From: an uncultured Anaerolineales bacterium
Lineage (GTDB): Bacteria; Chloroflexota; Anaerolineae; Anaerolineales; E44-bin32
Assembly: GCA_965603565.1 (NCBI GenBank)
Contig: CBFDDM010000001.1
Location: 7,299 to 71,298 of the forward strand
Length of the DNA: 64,000 nt
Direction: 5' to 3'
Below are positions 8,650 to 18,544 of the stretch, piece by piece (position 1 is the stretch's first letter; every line of letters begins with the position of its first letter). Made by a program: the position numbers and the translations under genes. The notes under the pieces are model-generated. The model saw nothing but the letters and a program-made list of their open reading frames with translations, was not told where the DNA came from and searched no databases.

Positions 8650-9605
8650 TCCGGCCTTTTGATTGGCGTGATTTAGCGCTCATCCATCGTGTGCGTAACG
8701 ACGGTATTTGCCTCGACACCCAATTGGCGCATACACGCGGCATGAACGCGCTTCAAGCCGCGCTGCTTGACCCGTTTACGCCGGGTCGTACGGTCTGCAC
8801 GCTCGTGGCTCGCGCTGATGAAGGAATCGATATCGAGGCGGTCGGACAATTCGTGATTCACGCAGCGCGCCGCCAGGCTCACCTGGCTTATATCGGTCCG
8901 ATCAAAGCGCTCCAAGAGGATGTCGGGCTCCGGCTGCTGGACGCGCTTGCCCGGCACGCTGGTGAGCAATCGGCCCACTCGCTCACGGCCGAGATCGACG
9001 AGAATGACCCATTATTCGAGCGCCTGCGCATAGCTGGCTTCGCGATCTACGCCCGGCAACGCATATGGCGTCTTGATTCGGATGGTCAGCCAGAAGACCC
9101 GGGAAGCGTCAACGGCGAATGGCACGCCGAGCGAGATCAGGATCGCATCGCCATTCATAACCTTTATCACAGCCTGGTGCCGGCCCTGGTGCAGCAGGTC
9201 GAGCTGCCGCCCACTCTCGCCGGCCAGGGGCTCGTTTACCGGGCAAACGGTGAAGTGCTCGGCTATCTGGATGTGCGCCGTGGACCCAACGGTACCTGGG
9301 TGCAGCCTTATTTTCATCCTGCCGCCAACTTGAGCGACCGGGTAGTCGCATCATTCCTCGGTCGCTTCAGCCCCTCGGAGGCACAGCCGCTCTTCGTTTG
9401 CGTGCGCTCATATCAGGGCGGACTCGGGTCTTCACTGGGCAGGTTGGGTTTTAAGCCCTGCAGCGATCAAGCGGTTATGGTAAAAAGACTGACAGCAGGC
9501 GTACGCCAAACCGCTAAGAGAGCACTACCTGCACTGAACGGAACGCAGCCAGAAGCTACTGCGCCGTTCACAAACATTGAGACGAAATCATCCAGTCGAA
9601 GGTAA
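8646..9605 (+). CDS. hypothetical protein, possible tandem GNAT-like fold
   Basis: 319 aa. GTG start overlaps the pdxT TGA. The LLDALARHAGEQSAHSLTAEIDENDPLFERLRIAGFAIYARQRIW segment resembles a GNAT core. Weak call. Confidence 0.45.
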   Translation: MIRPFDWRDLALIHRVRNDGICLDTQLAHTRGMNALQAALLDPFTPGRTVCTLVARADEGIDIEAVGQFVIHAARRQAHLAYIGPIKALQEDVGLRLLDALARHAGEQSAHSLTAEIDENDPLFERLRIAGFAIYARQRIWRLDSDGQPEDPGSVNGEWHAERDQDRIAIHNLYHSLVPALVQQVELPPTLAGQGLVYRANGEVLGYLDVRRGPNGTWVQPYFHPAANLSDRVVASFLGRFSPSEAQPLFVCVRSYQGGLGSSLGRLGFKPCSDQAVMVKRLTAGVRQTAKRALPALNGTQPEATAPFTNIETKSSSRR

Positions 9606-9615
9606 TTTAGAACGT

Positions 9616-11211
9616 ATGACACACCAGCGCATCACCGATAATCTCGACGTCCTTCTGGGCGTTTTGCCACCGAAGATCAGTCAGGCGATTCGCGAGATCG
9701 ATCGCGATGAAGATCTGCTCGAGGTCATCCTTGACCTCGGTCGCATCCCGACAGCGCGCTATGTCGAAGGCGAGATCGAACTCAGCGAATCTGAGGCGAC
9801 CTCTGACGACATCGATTACGTCGTGGGGCGCATCGGCGACTTTGACGCCGACAATCGCGCCGGCATCGAACGCACACTCCACCGCATCTCGGCTATTCGA
9901 AACCGACATGGTGACATCGTTGGTCTGACCTGCCGTGTCGGCCGTGCTGTTTTCGGAACGATCGAAATCATCCAGGATCTGATCCTGGGCGGCAGCAGCG
10001 TGGTGCTTGTTGGCCGGCCAGCCGTAGGCAAGACCACTATGCTGCGCGAGGCGGCGCGCATCCTTGCCGAGGAGAAGCGCGTCGTGATCGTGGATACATC
10101 CAACGAAATCGCCGGCGACGGCGACGTGCCGCATCCCGCCATCGGTCGTGCCCGCAGGATGCAGGTTCGCGAGCCGATGCTGCAGCACGAAGTCATGATC
10201 GAAGCCGTGGAGAACCACAACCCCGAAGTAATCGTCATCGACGAGATCGGGCGCGAGTTGGAGGCGGTTGCAGCCCGCACGATCGCCGAACGCGGCGTGC
10301 AGCTCATCGGCACCGCGCATGGCAACACACTTGAAAACTTACTGCTGAACCCGACGCTGTCCGACCTGGTAGGCGGCATCGAATCGGTCACGCTGTCCGA
10401 CGAAGAGGCTCGCCGCCGCGGCACCCAGAAAACGGTGCTTGAACGCCGTGCGGCGCCCACATTTGATGTCCTGATCGAGATCCAGGCGCGCGAGCGCCTT
10501 GCGGTTCATCGCGATGTTTCGGCGGCCGTCGACTCCATGTTGCGCGGCGTCCCGCTGCCTCCCGAGCTGCGTTACCGCGATGAAGAGGGCGAGTTGCACG
10601 TCGAAACCGCGCCTCAGCCCTCGAGCAGAAACCAGCGCAATTCATCCGGATACAGGCGCCAGGCGGCGCTACCGACCGCGGCGCATGAAGGCAACAATGG
10701 GCTGCCCTTTTCACCCACTCCACCACACATGCCCAGCGCACCGCTGGCTCCCATCCGCATTTACCCGTATGGCGTTGCCAAGAATCGCCTGCGGCAGGCT
10801 TCACGCCGGCTGGGCGTGCCGGCAGTCATCGCCGATTCGCTCGGCGACGCCGAGGCGCTTGTTACGCTGCGTTCCTATTACCGCAAGAAGCCGCGCGTGA
10901 TCAAGGACGCTGAAAACCGGCGTATGCCTGTCTACGTCTTGCGCTCAAACACCGTAAACCAGATGGAAGGATTCCTCTCTGAACTCTTCAACCTGCAATC
11001 GGTGCGCATGGACGACCCGCGCCTGCAGGAGGCGATGGAGGAAGCCCAGCAGGGCATCCAGGCTGTGCTAGACGGGGCACGGTCGATCGAGCTCTCACCG
11101 GCATCGTCATACATCCGCAGGCTCCAGCACCAGATGGCCCGGCAGGCTAATCTGGTCTCACACTCCTATGGCAAAGAGCCCCAACGGAGAGTCAGGATAT
11201 TCCGCAGTTGA
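9616..11211 (+). CDS. Ycf45/SpoIIIAA-like AAA ATPase with C-terminal R3H nucleic-acid-binding domain
   Basis: Start at MTHQRI (ATG 9616). Walker A GRPAVGKTT, Walker B VIVIDEIG, TAHG. The tail IRRLQHQMARQANLVSHSYGKEPQRRVRIF is R3H-like. Confidence 0.8.
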   Translation: MTHQRITDNLDVLLGVLPPKISQAIREIDRDEDLLEVILDLGRIPTARYVEGEIELSESEATSDDIDYVVGRIGDFDADNRAGIERTLHRISAIRNRHGDIVGLTCRVGRAVFGTIEIIQDLILGGSSVVLVGRPAVGKTTMLREAARILAEEKRVVIVDTSNEIAGDGDVPHPAIGRARRMQVREPMLQHEVMIEAVENHNPEVIVIDEIGRELEAVAARTIAERGVQLIGTAHGNTLENLLLNPTLSDLVGGIESVTLSDEEARRRGTQKTVLERRAAPTFDVLIEIQARERLAVHRDVSAAVDSMLRGVPLPPELRYRDEEGELHVETAPQPSSRNQRNSSGYRRQAALPTAAHEGNNGLPFSPTPPHMPSAPLAPIRIYPYGVAKNRLRQASRRLGVPAVIADSLGDAEALVTLRSYYRKKPRVIKDAENRRMPVYVLRSNTVNQMEGFLSELFNLQSVRMDDPRLQEAMEEAQQGIQAVLDGARSIELSPASSYIRRLQHQMARQANLVSHSYGKEPQRRVRIFRS

Positions 11212-11849
11212 GCCTGTTCATCACGCTTGAGGGACCGGACGGTAGCGGCAAGACTCGACAGGCTGAAAGTCTGCTCGAGCATCTGCGTTCACTGGACCTC
11301 GACGTGGTGCTCACCTATGAGCCAGGCGGCACACCGATCGGGGACCAGATCCGTAATGTGCTGTTCAACCTGGATAACACCGCCATGGATCCACGCACCG
11401 AGTTCCTGCTCTTCTCGGCCTCCCGCGCCCAGCACGTCGCAGAAAAGATAAAACCCCTGCTCGAACGGGGCACGATCGTGCTTTCCGATCGCTACTTCGA
11501 TTCCTCGCTTGCTTACCAGGGCTACGGACACCAGCTCAACCTGCAGACGCTCTGGGAGGTGACCTCGTTTGCCACGCAAGGCTTGATCCCCGACCGAACC
11601 TACCTGCTGGACATACCGGTCGAGGAAGGCATCCAACGACGCAAGCAGGGTGGGAACTGGAACCGCCTCGACGCGTTCGACCTCGAACTGCACAAGCGCG
11701 TCCGCTCAGGTTACCTGCAGTTGGCCGAGGACGACAAATCGCGCTGGGAGGTCATCGACGCCAGCCGACCTTTCGACCCGGTTCAGGAATCGCTCCGGCA
11801 TAGCATCGTCGAGTTCATCAAATCGCGGGGGTTGTTGGTCGAGGGGTGA
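11208..11849 (+). CDS. tmk: dTMP (thymidylate) kinase
   Basis: (TTG)SLFITLEGPDGSGKTRQ...DRYFDSSLAYQG. The TTG start overlaps the upstream TGA. Confidence 0.9.
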   Translation: MSLFITLEGPDGSGKTRQAESLLEHLRSLDLDVVLTYEPGGTPIGDQIRNVLFNLDNTAMDPRTEFLLFSASRAQHVAEKIKPLLERGTIVLSDRYFDSSLAYQGYGHQLNLQTLWEVTSFATQGLIPDRTYLLDIPVEEGIQRRKQGGNWNRLDAFDLELHKRVRSGYLQLAEDDKSRWEVIDASRPFDPVQESLRHSIVEFIKSRGLLVEG

Positions 11850-11892
11850 TCAGCAACCAGCTTTGCACTCCATCCCGGATTCGGTCAGACAA

Positions 11893-12267
11893 TTAAAAGT
11901 CCTCATCCATGCCCAGGTCCGGCATGGATTTTTCGATATCCTCCGGGTTCTCACCCGCTTCCAGCCTGTCGACGACCTCGTCGAACTCGCCGGGCATCTC
12001 CTCGCCAAGTTCATCGCCCATCTTGCGCATCATGCTCGCCATCGCGCGCGGGTCGTTTTCATCAAAATCTGACCACGCGCTCGGGTCGGAAAGCGAGTCC
12101 AAGCGCGACTGTTCCGAGCGCGCAAAGCGCACCTTGTTGATCAACCGCTTAAGATCATCGCTCTCACAGTGCGGACATCGGACAGGGTCCACGCCGTACT
12201 CTTCATAACTTTGAAAAATCGAGACCCTGTTTCCACATTGATTGCAGCGATACTCATACGTTGGCAT
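11893..12267 (-). CDS. FmdB-family zinc ribbon protein
   Basis: MPTYEYRCNQCGNRVSIFQSYEEY...CPHCES, followed by an acidic tail. Confidence 0.75.
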   Translation of the reverse strand: MPTYEYRCNQCGNRVSIFQSYEEYGVDPVRCPHCESDDLKRLINKVRFARSEQSRLDSLSDPSAWSDFDENDPRAMASMMRKMGDELGEEMPGEFDEVVDRLEAGENPEDIEKSMPDLGMDEDF

Positions 12268-12319
12268 TTGAACCTCCACCGATTGCGATTATACTGACCC
12301 TGTCAGGAGGCATCAATAC

Positions 12320-12937
12320 ATGCACGAAGAATTGCTCCAACAACAAGAGCTGCCGCTGCTTATCGTCATCTCCGGCCCGTCCGGTGTGGGTAAGGACTCG
12401 GCAGTTCAGCGTATGAAGGAGCGTGGCCTCCCGATCCATTTCGTCGTCACCGCGACCACCAGGCCGCAGCGTGACGGCGAGCAGCACGGCCTCGATTACT
12501 TCTTTGTCTCGCGCGAGGAATTCGCCGAGATGATCGAATCCGACGAACTGATCGAGTATGCCATTGTTTACGGCGATTACAAGGGCATCCCAAAATCACA
12601 GGTGGAAGAAGCGCTGTCGAGCGGTACAGATGTCGTCATGCGCGTCGATGTTCAGGGGGCGCAAACAATCCGCAAACTGTATCCTGAGGCGCTGCTTATT
12701 TTCCTCTCGACACGCACCGAAGATGAGCTTGTGCGTCGTCTGGAGCAACGCAAAACCGAATCACCCGAAGACTTGAAACTGCGCATCGCCACCGCTCGTA
12801 AGGAGATGCTCAAAGTCGATCTTTTTGACTATTACGTGATCAACCCCGAAGATCGGCTGGACGAAGCGGTCGACACGATCATCGCGATCATCCACGCCGA
12901 GCACCACCGTATTAATCCCCGCCAGGTGAATCTGTGA
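12320..12937 (+). CDS. gmk: guanylate kinase
   Basis: VISGPSGVGKDS...TTRPQRDGEQHGLDYFFVSREEF...EYAIVYGDYKG. Confidence 0.9.
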   Translation: MHEELLQQQELPLLIVISGPSGVGKDSAVQRMKERGLPIHFVVTATTRPQRDGEQHGLDYFFVSREEFAEMIESDELIEYAIVYGDYKGIPKSQVEEALSSGTDVVMRVDVQGAQTIRKLYPEALLIFLSTRTEDELVRRLEQRKTESPEDLKLRIATARKEMLKVDLFDYYVINPEDRLDEAVDTIIAIIHAEHHRINPRQVNL

Positions 12938-13680
12938 GCGATCAGTCATCAGAACGTCCTGCTCGCAGGCAGTTCAGTTTTAAACAATTCCCGGGCACCT
13001 TTGGGTTGATAACGGTCACTGCGATCGTATTCGTCGGCCAACTCCTCTCTGAATTTATTTTCCAGGTCGATTGGCTGCTGCAGCTGGGGCTTAAGTCCAG
13101 TGAGGCCATCTCCCAGGGTCAATACTGGCGCTTTATCACCCCGATGTTCCTACATATCGGCGTTCTGCATTTATTCGTCAACATGTACTCGCTGTACGCC
13201 ATCGGCCCGGCGGTAGAGCGCTTTTTCGGCACACCGCGCTTCCTGGCCCAATACCTGCTCTCCGGTTTTACGGGTGTGATCTTCAGCCTGGCGTTCAGCC
13301 CGTTTCCTTCCGCCGGCGCTTCCGGTGCGATCTTCGGCCTACTTGGCTCACTGGGCGGGTTTCTGTACGTCCACCGCGAAATGTTCGGCCAGTTTGGTCG
13401 CGTTCAGCTACGCCAGATCGCGATCGTGGCGCTGCTCAACCTCGGCCTGGGGCTTATGCCCGGCATAGACAACTGGGGACATTTAGGCGGGCTCCTCGCC
13501 GGCGTCTTCTTAACGCTTCTGGTAGGACCGCGTTTTGAGATCATCTGGGTCACCCTGGATGAGCGTCAGCTGCGCGATAACCGGCCCTGGGAGACTTCCC
13601 GTTGGCATTACCTTTTGGCAGCCACCCTGTTGATCCTGCTGGCAGCGGCAGCCGCCATTCTGCCGGACATTGCTGGTTAG
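12934..13680 (+). CDS. rhomboid family intramembrane serine protease (second copy)
   Basis: YWRFITPMFLHIGVLHLFVNM, GASGAIFGLLG, GHLGG. The GTG start overlaps the gmk TGA. Confidence 0.85.
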   Translation: MSDQSSERPARRQFSFKQFPGTFGLITVTAIVFVGQLLSEFIFQVDWLLQLGLKSSEAISQGQYWRFITPMFLHIGVLHLFVNMYSLYAIGPAVERFFGTPRFLAQYLLSGFTGVIFSLAFSPFPSAGASGAIFGLLGSLGGFLYVHREMFGQFGRVQLRQIAIVALLNLGLGLMPGIDNWGHLGGLLAGVFLTLLVGPRFEIIWVTLDERQLRDNRPWETSRWHYLLAATLLILLAAAAAILPDIAG

Positions 13681-13729
13681 AATTAAAGATAAGCAAGCAG
13701 TCATCTGAGATAAACTTGGCATAGCGTAA

Positions 13730-13759
13730 TTGACATCCAGCTTGAGCGGCGCTTATAAT
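13730..13759 (+). promoter_or_regulatory. sigma-70-type promoter, TTGACA-18-TATAAT
   Basis: TTGACA at 13730..13735 and TATAAT at 13754..13759, about 50 nt upstream of the FNR gene. Confidence 0.6.
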
Positions 13760-13807
13760 CCGCCCGCCTGAGGATCAACGAGCAGCAAGAGGAGCCCCTT
13801 TTCAGCG

Positions 13808-14839
13808 ATGAGCAATAATCAACCTGAAGTATTCGACATTACTTTCATCGGCGCCGGACCCACCGGACTCTTCGGCGCCTTCTACGCAGGGTTGCGTGAG
13901 CTAAAGGTCAAGGTGATCGACGCGCTCCCCCAGGCCGGCGGCCAGCTTATTACGCTCTATCCGGAGAAGATGATCTACGACACCCCTGGTTTCCCGGCGA
14001 TCCTTTCGAAAGAATTGGTCACCAACCTGCTGGATCAGGCTCGCCAGTGGGACCCGACCATGGCGCTTGGTGAAAGGGCCGAGAACCTCGTCCGGGAGCC
14101 GCTGCCTGGCGGTGAGGAGGGCGAGGAGTGCTGGGTAATCGAGACACAGAAAGAGCGTCACTACACACGCACCGTGATCATCGCAGCCGGCATCGGCGCG
14201 TTTGAGCCCCGCCGCTTGAACAACGAGAGTGTCGAAGCGTTTGAGCAGCGCGGTGTCGAATATCTTGTTTCCGATGTCAACCAGTTCGCTGGTCAGCGTG
14301 TGCTGATCATCGGCGGCGGTGACAGCGCCGTTGACTGGGCGCTGGCACTGGAACCCATCGCCGAGCATGTCACGCTCATCCACCGCCGCGAGGGTTTTCG
14401 TGCCCACGATTCATCTGTAAATGCGCTGAACGCCTCCAGCGTTGACGTCAAGATCTTCTACGAGATCCGCGAAGTGCAGGGCGGCGACCATGTCGAACGC
14501 GCCGTGATCTTCGATAACCGCAGCGACGAGGACACCACGATCGATGTCGATACGGTCATCCTTACGCTGGGCTTTAAGGCCGACCTGGGACCAATCCGTG
14601 AATGGGGTCTTGAGACGATCGGGCGCCGTTATATCGGTGTCGACAACACGATGGAGACCAACCTTCCGGGTGTATTCGCCGCAGGTGATGTCGCTTTGCA
14701 AGAGGACCTGGATCCGCTCAATCTAATCGTCGTCGGCTATGGACAGGTCACGATCGCGGTAAATTACGCATACGCCAAGATCAAACCCGGCGGTAAAGTC
14801 TTCCCGGGCCACTCCAGCGAAAAGATGGCAGACAAGTAA
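13808..14839 (+). CDS. ferredoxin-NADP(+) reductase, thioredoxin-reductase-like type (YumC-like)
   Basis: FIGAGPTGLFGAFYAG...GGQL..LYPEK.IYD.PGFP, a second GGGDSAVDWA dinucleotide motif, and a C-terminal HSSE. Confidence 0.85.
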   Translation: MSNNQPEVFDITFIGAGPTGLFGAFYAGLRELKVKVIDALPQAGGQLITLYPEKMIYDTPGFPAILSKELVTNLLDQARQWDPTMALGERAENLVREPLPGGEEGEECWVIETQKERHYTRTVIIAAGIGAFEPRRLNNESVEAFEQRGVEYLVSDVNQFAGQRVLIIGGGDSAVDWALALEPIAEHVTLIHRREGFRAHDSSVNALNASSVDVKIFYEIREVQGGDHVERAVIFDNRSDEDTTIDVDTVILTLGFKADLGPIREWGLETIGRRYIGVDNTMETNLPGVFAAGDVALQEDLDPLNLIVVGYGQVTIAVNYAYAKIKPGGKVFPGHSSEKMADK

Positions 14840-14854
14840 GATTCCTAATAAATG

Positions 14855-14882
14855 AAAAAGGCCGAACGCTCGGCCCTTTTTT
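14855..14882. terminator. bidirectional intrinsic terminator
   Basis: AAAAAGGCCGA-ACGC-TCGGCCCTTTTTT between convergent genes. Confidence 0.8.
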
Positions 14883-14899
14883 GATTCTAGATTCGCCGA

Positions 14900-15388
14900 T
14901 CAATCAGCAGTCTCTTCCAGGTCCTCTTCCTCAGCTTTCTCGGGAGGTCTTGCAGCCCCGCCCCGCTTGCGCGGCGGCCAGTAGAGGATCACACCCAGTA
15001 AGCTGACCAGCACACCGATCGCGAGCCCGATGACCTGCACCGGCCCAAAGGCGATGAAGGGCATGCGCTGCGCTCCAACGCCAATAAAATCGGCCAGTGA
15101 AGCCACGGCTGCAATGACATAGCCGGTGGCGATCAAGCGGATACCGATATCGGCGCGTAGCGAGGTGGACATGCCATTGCGCACCACCCGCACAGCTGCA
15201 AATGCACCCAGCAGCAGGATTGCCAGTCCGGTAAGCCATACCCCGATTTGAACGAATCCGACGACAGGGCTGCGGTCCATGCCGATCAGGCCGGGACGGA
15301 CGCCAATAATGAAAATAAAGAACCCGATCAGCACAACCGTCATCCACCGGCGCGCCCGGCGAACCTGTTTTCGGGTCAGTGGGGTCAT
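14900..15388 (-). CDS. hypothetical membrane protein
   Basis: 162 aa with about 4 hydrophobic helices. Its start overlaps the dipeptidase stop. No family recognised. Confidence 0.5.
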   Translation of the reverse strand: MTPLTRKQVRRARRWMTVVLIGFFIFIIGVRPGLIGMDRSPVVGFVQIGVWLTGLAILLLGAFAAVRVVRNGMSTSLRADIGIRLIATGYVIAAVASLADFIGVGAQRMPFIAFGPVQVIGLAIGVLVSLLGVILYWPPRKRGGAARPPEKAEEEDLEETAD

Positions 15389-16482
15389 GTGGTCAGATGC
15401 TCCGGTAGTGAACGCTTCAAAACGCGTAACCAGTTGCCACCCAGGATCGCTTCGATATCCTGTTCGGTGTACCCGCGCGGGGCCAGCGCTTCGCCAATTA
15501 ACCGTATGTCGGCGACGCTGTCAAGTCCGGATGGCACCTTCTCTAGTCCGAAACCCCCATCAAAATCGCTGCCGATACCGACGTGACGAGCGCTGCCCAG
15601 CTGCTGGCAGATCGTATCTATGCTGGTGGCGACGTCCAGAAGGTCGACGGCTTCCCGGCCGATTCCAGGCGTCCAATCATCCCTCAAGAAATGATTGGCT
15701 AAAACGATCCCCAGTACAGAATCCCTTTCGCCAATTCGATCGATCACCGAGTTGGTAACCAATCGTTCCGGTCTCTGTCGGTTAGGCGCCAGCTCGAGCG
15801 GGGCGGTATGCGAGATGATGACCTCCTCATCGTAAAGATCCAGCGCTTGCAGCGCCCCAAACTCGGTCAGGTGGCTGAGGTCCAGGATCATACCCAGTTT
15901 TTGCATCTCCTTCAGCAAGGCGCGCCCGTCTGCGGTCAGCGGTCCGGGCTCATCGGTGCCGCCAGCGTAGCGCGTTCCCGACCAGGATAGCCCCAGGATG
16001 CGCACACCCTTGTTATACCAATTGTGAAGATCCTCTTCGTCCCGGATAGCATCCGCGCCTTCCATCAGGAGCACCAGCCCAACCGGCCCCGGTTCATCTT
16101 CTCTGATCTCCCAGGATTCCAAAACCAAGTGAAGGTCATGCCTGCTCGTGATACTTGTAAACTGGTCTGGATTATCGTGAAACAGTCGCTGGTAATGCTC
16201 CCACTGAGCGCTGTACAAGCCAAAAGCCTGATCCTGATCTTCGTAGCAGAGCTTATCCCATTCGCCCTCTTTCCATCGTTCTGGAGCAGCGAACAGTGTG
16301 CTGAAGATGACCGCGACGCGGCCCTCGACCCACTCCGGCCATCCCAACATGGTATTTCCGTTCCAGGAAGGGATCTCTGTGCTGCCTTCGTAATAGCGCG
16401 TCTGCTCGACAGAGCGGCGGTAATCCCTTCCAAATGTCAGCGCGTTCCAGGCTAGGTCTTCATGCGCATCGACAACGATCAT
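15385..16482 (-). CDS. membrane dipeptidase (peptidase M19 family)
   Basis: MIVVDAHEDLAWN...VRILGLSWSG.TRYAGG...LDLSHL...ISHTAP...GIGSDFDG pattern typical of M19 dipeptidases. Confidence 0.75.
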   Translation of the reverse strand: MIVVDAHEDLAWNALTFGRDYRRSVEQTRYYEGSTEIPSWNGNTMLGWPEWVEGRVAVIFSTLFAAPERWKEGEWDKLCYEDQDQAFGLYSAQWEHYQRLFHDNPDQFTSITSRHDLHLVLESWEIREDEPGPVGLVLLMEGADAIRDEEDLHNWYNKGVRILGLSWSGTRYAGGTDEPGPLTADGRALLKEMQKLGMILDLSHLTEFGALQALDLYDEEVIISHTAPLELAPNRQRPERLVTNSVIDRIGERDSVLGIVLANHFLRDDWTPGIGREAVDLLDVATSIDTICQQLGSARHVGIGSDFDGGFGLEKVPSGLDSVADIRLIGEALAPRGYTEQDIEAILGGNWLRVLKRSLPEHLTT

Positions 16483-17483
16483 CCCAGGTGTACCTCATCG
16501 ATCAGTTTGCTCCAGAAGGAATCGCGCTCGCCGGGCATGAACGCAAGATAGGGCGTCACGCGGTCGGCTAAACCAGAATAGCGTTCAAGCACTGCCGCGC
16601 CCATCTCCTCCGCCGGCACCACCAACGCGAAGGTCTGCAGCATCTCGTCGTCCACCAGCCCAGCCATCGCATCCCAATCCTGGTTTCGCGCCAGCGCGGA
16701 TAGCTCCTCGGCGCGCGCTTCCCAGCCGTGGATCGTGAGCACGCGACGGTAAGCCGGCGTGGAGGCGTAAAACGCGATTTGCGATCGGACAAAGTTAGCT
16801 TCCTCATCGTTGGTGACCATGAACGTCGACACCGATATTTGAACAGCCTCCGCATCCCTCTCGGCGCGCCCCGCGCCCTCGTGCAAGGCTGGCTTTACCA
16901 CCTCGCGCAAATAGCGGGCGCTGTGCAGCGGATGCGCGTGCAGCCCATCTGAGACCTCGCCGCACAGGGCGATCATGCCCGGGTTCACGCCCGCCAGGTA
17001 GATCGGGATATCCGGCGCTTGGATCGGCCCCGGATTGAAGAACGGCGACATCAAAGTGAGTTTGTAATATTCACCCCGGAAATTTAGACGCTCACCGCTC
17101 TGCCAGGCTTGCCAGAACGCACGGATCGCCGCGACCATCTCACGCAGTTTGGCGATGGGCGAATCTGGCCAGTGCATGCCAAAACGTCGCTCAATGTGCG
17201 CCCGTACCTGCGTGCCGAGGCCCAACGTAAAACGGCCGTTTGAAGCCGCGGCGAGATCCCAGGCAGTGTAAGCCAGCGTCGCCGGGCTGCGGGCGAAAGC
17301 GATCGAAACGGCGGTGCCGACCTCAAGTTTTTGCGTCGCACCCACGATCAGCGCCAGCGGCAGGAAGGGATCATGCTGCGTCTCGCTGCTCCAGATCCCA
17401 TCGAAACCAAGTTCCTCTGCGGCACGCCCAACGGCTGCGGCTTCCTTCAGCGCCACCGGGGGCAAGTTCGCGTCAATCTTCAT
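16479..17483 (-). CDS. LLM-class (luciferase-like) F420-dependent oxidoreductase
   Basis: GFDGIWSSETQHDPFLPLAL...GTAVSIAFARSP...RFTLGLGTQV..HIERRFG resembles the F420-dependent LLM subfamily. Confidence 0.8.
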   Translation of the reverse strand: MKIDANLPPVALKEAAAVGRAAEELGFDGIWSSETQHDPFLPLALIVGATQKLEVGTAVSIAFARSPATLAYTAWDLAAASNGRFTLGLGTQVRAHIERRFGMHWPDSPIAKLREMVAAIRAFWQAWQSGERLNFRGEYYKLTLMSPFFNPGPIQAPDIPIYLAGVNPGMIALCGEVSDGLHAHPLHSARYLREVVKPALHEGAGRAERDAEAVQISVSTFMVTNDEEANFVRSQIAFYASTPAYRRVLTIHGWEARAEELSALARNQDWDAMAGLVDDEMLQTFALVVPAEEMGAAVLERYSGLADRVTPYLAFMPGERDSFWSKLIDEVHLG

Positions 17484-17496
17484 GGGTCACTCGCTA

Positions 17497-17970
17497 TCAC
17501 TCTGCTCTCTGGATGCCGGCCTCGAAGGCCTCAATCTTCTGCCGCCACTGCGCTGGCACGGCGACCGATACTTCCTGCTCGTAGGAGTATGCTACCAGCA
17601 CGGTCGCGGCTCGTGCGTAGAGCTGCTGCGTAGTGGGATTGCGCAAGGCGTACCCAAAGTGCATGCTCTTGTTCCCCAAGCGCTCGGCGCGCACACCGAC
17701 CTCGAGCGGTCGACCGAAGTAAATCGGAGCGTGGTAGCTGCAAGACTGTTCTGCGAGGATAATCCCGATCTGGTCGAAATCTTCACCGCTCCACAACCCG
17801 AGCGCCTGAAGATAGCTTGCGCGCGCCTGCTCCAAGTAGGTGAAATAAACGGAGCTGTTGACGTGACGCTGTGCATCAACATCACGGTAGCGCACTTCGA
17901 TAGGATGGTAGAAACGGAAGCGTTCGCCGCCTGTGTTCGAACCCGTACCGTCTTGCTTTCCTTCAGACAT
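17497..17970 (-). CDS. acyl-CoA thioesterase (YbgC/4HBT hotdog fold)
   Basis: IEVRYRDVDAQRHVNSSVYFTYLEQAR..YL. Confidence 0.75.
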   Translation of the reverse strand: MSEGKQDGTGSNTGGERFRFYHPIEVRYRDVDAQRHVNSSVYFTYLEQARASYLQALGLWSGEDFDQIGIILAEQSCSYHAPIYFGRPLEVGVRAERLGNKSMHFGYALRNPTTQQLYARAATVLVAYSYEQEVSVAVPAQWRQKIEAFEAGIQRAE

Positions 17971-17981
17971 TCTCGTCGCTG

Positions 17982-18440
17982 CTAGAAGATGCCGCGTAAC
18001 AAGGGGCGCGACCAGGGGATCGCCACAATCGTCAGGGCGAGCGCGATCGTGTAGCCGATCGCCGCCAGCCGATGGCTGGCGACAGGATCCTCGAGCTTAT
18101 CCGCCCTGGCGCCGACGATGTGAATGATTGCCAGCGAGACAACCATGATTGGTATGTGTTCAAATACAATGAAGCGCAGCTCCGGAACCTGCATCGCGTT
18201 GCTTATATTCGCCAGCGCAACCCGCACGTTGGGGCTGAGGATGGCGACGATCAACCCGACCAGAAACTGCACATCATAAGTAATCGAAAAAATCAGACCT
18301 GCTTGATCATCCGCTTTCGACCAGTCTTTCTTTCCAAGCCATCCCAGTAAAGCGCGCACAATGACATAAAGCGCGGCAAGCACGACCAGCCAGCGGAAGA
18401 TATTGTGGGCTGTGAGAATCACGCGAAACAACATAGGCAA
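17982..18440 (-). CDS. hypothetical membrane protein
   Basis: 152 aa with 4 predicted helices. No family recognised. Confidence 0.5.
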   Translation of the reverse strand: MPMLFRVILTAHNIFRWLVVLAALYVIVRALLGWLGKKDWSKADDQAGLIFSITYDVQFLVGLIVAILSPNVRVALANISNAMQVPELRFIVFEHIPIMVVSLAIIHIVGARADKLEDPVASHRLAAIGYTIALALTIVAIPWSRPLLRGIF

Positions 18441-18544
18441 TCTGCCTCCTCCCCATAGGTTATCAAATGTTAACGAATTACGGCGCTCAAAAGCCCTCTT
18501 GATTATACGCCCTCGTCACGCGACGGCTATAGCCCGATAGTTTG

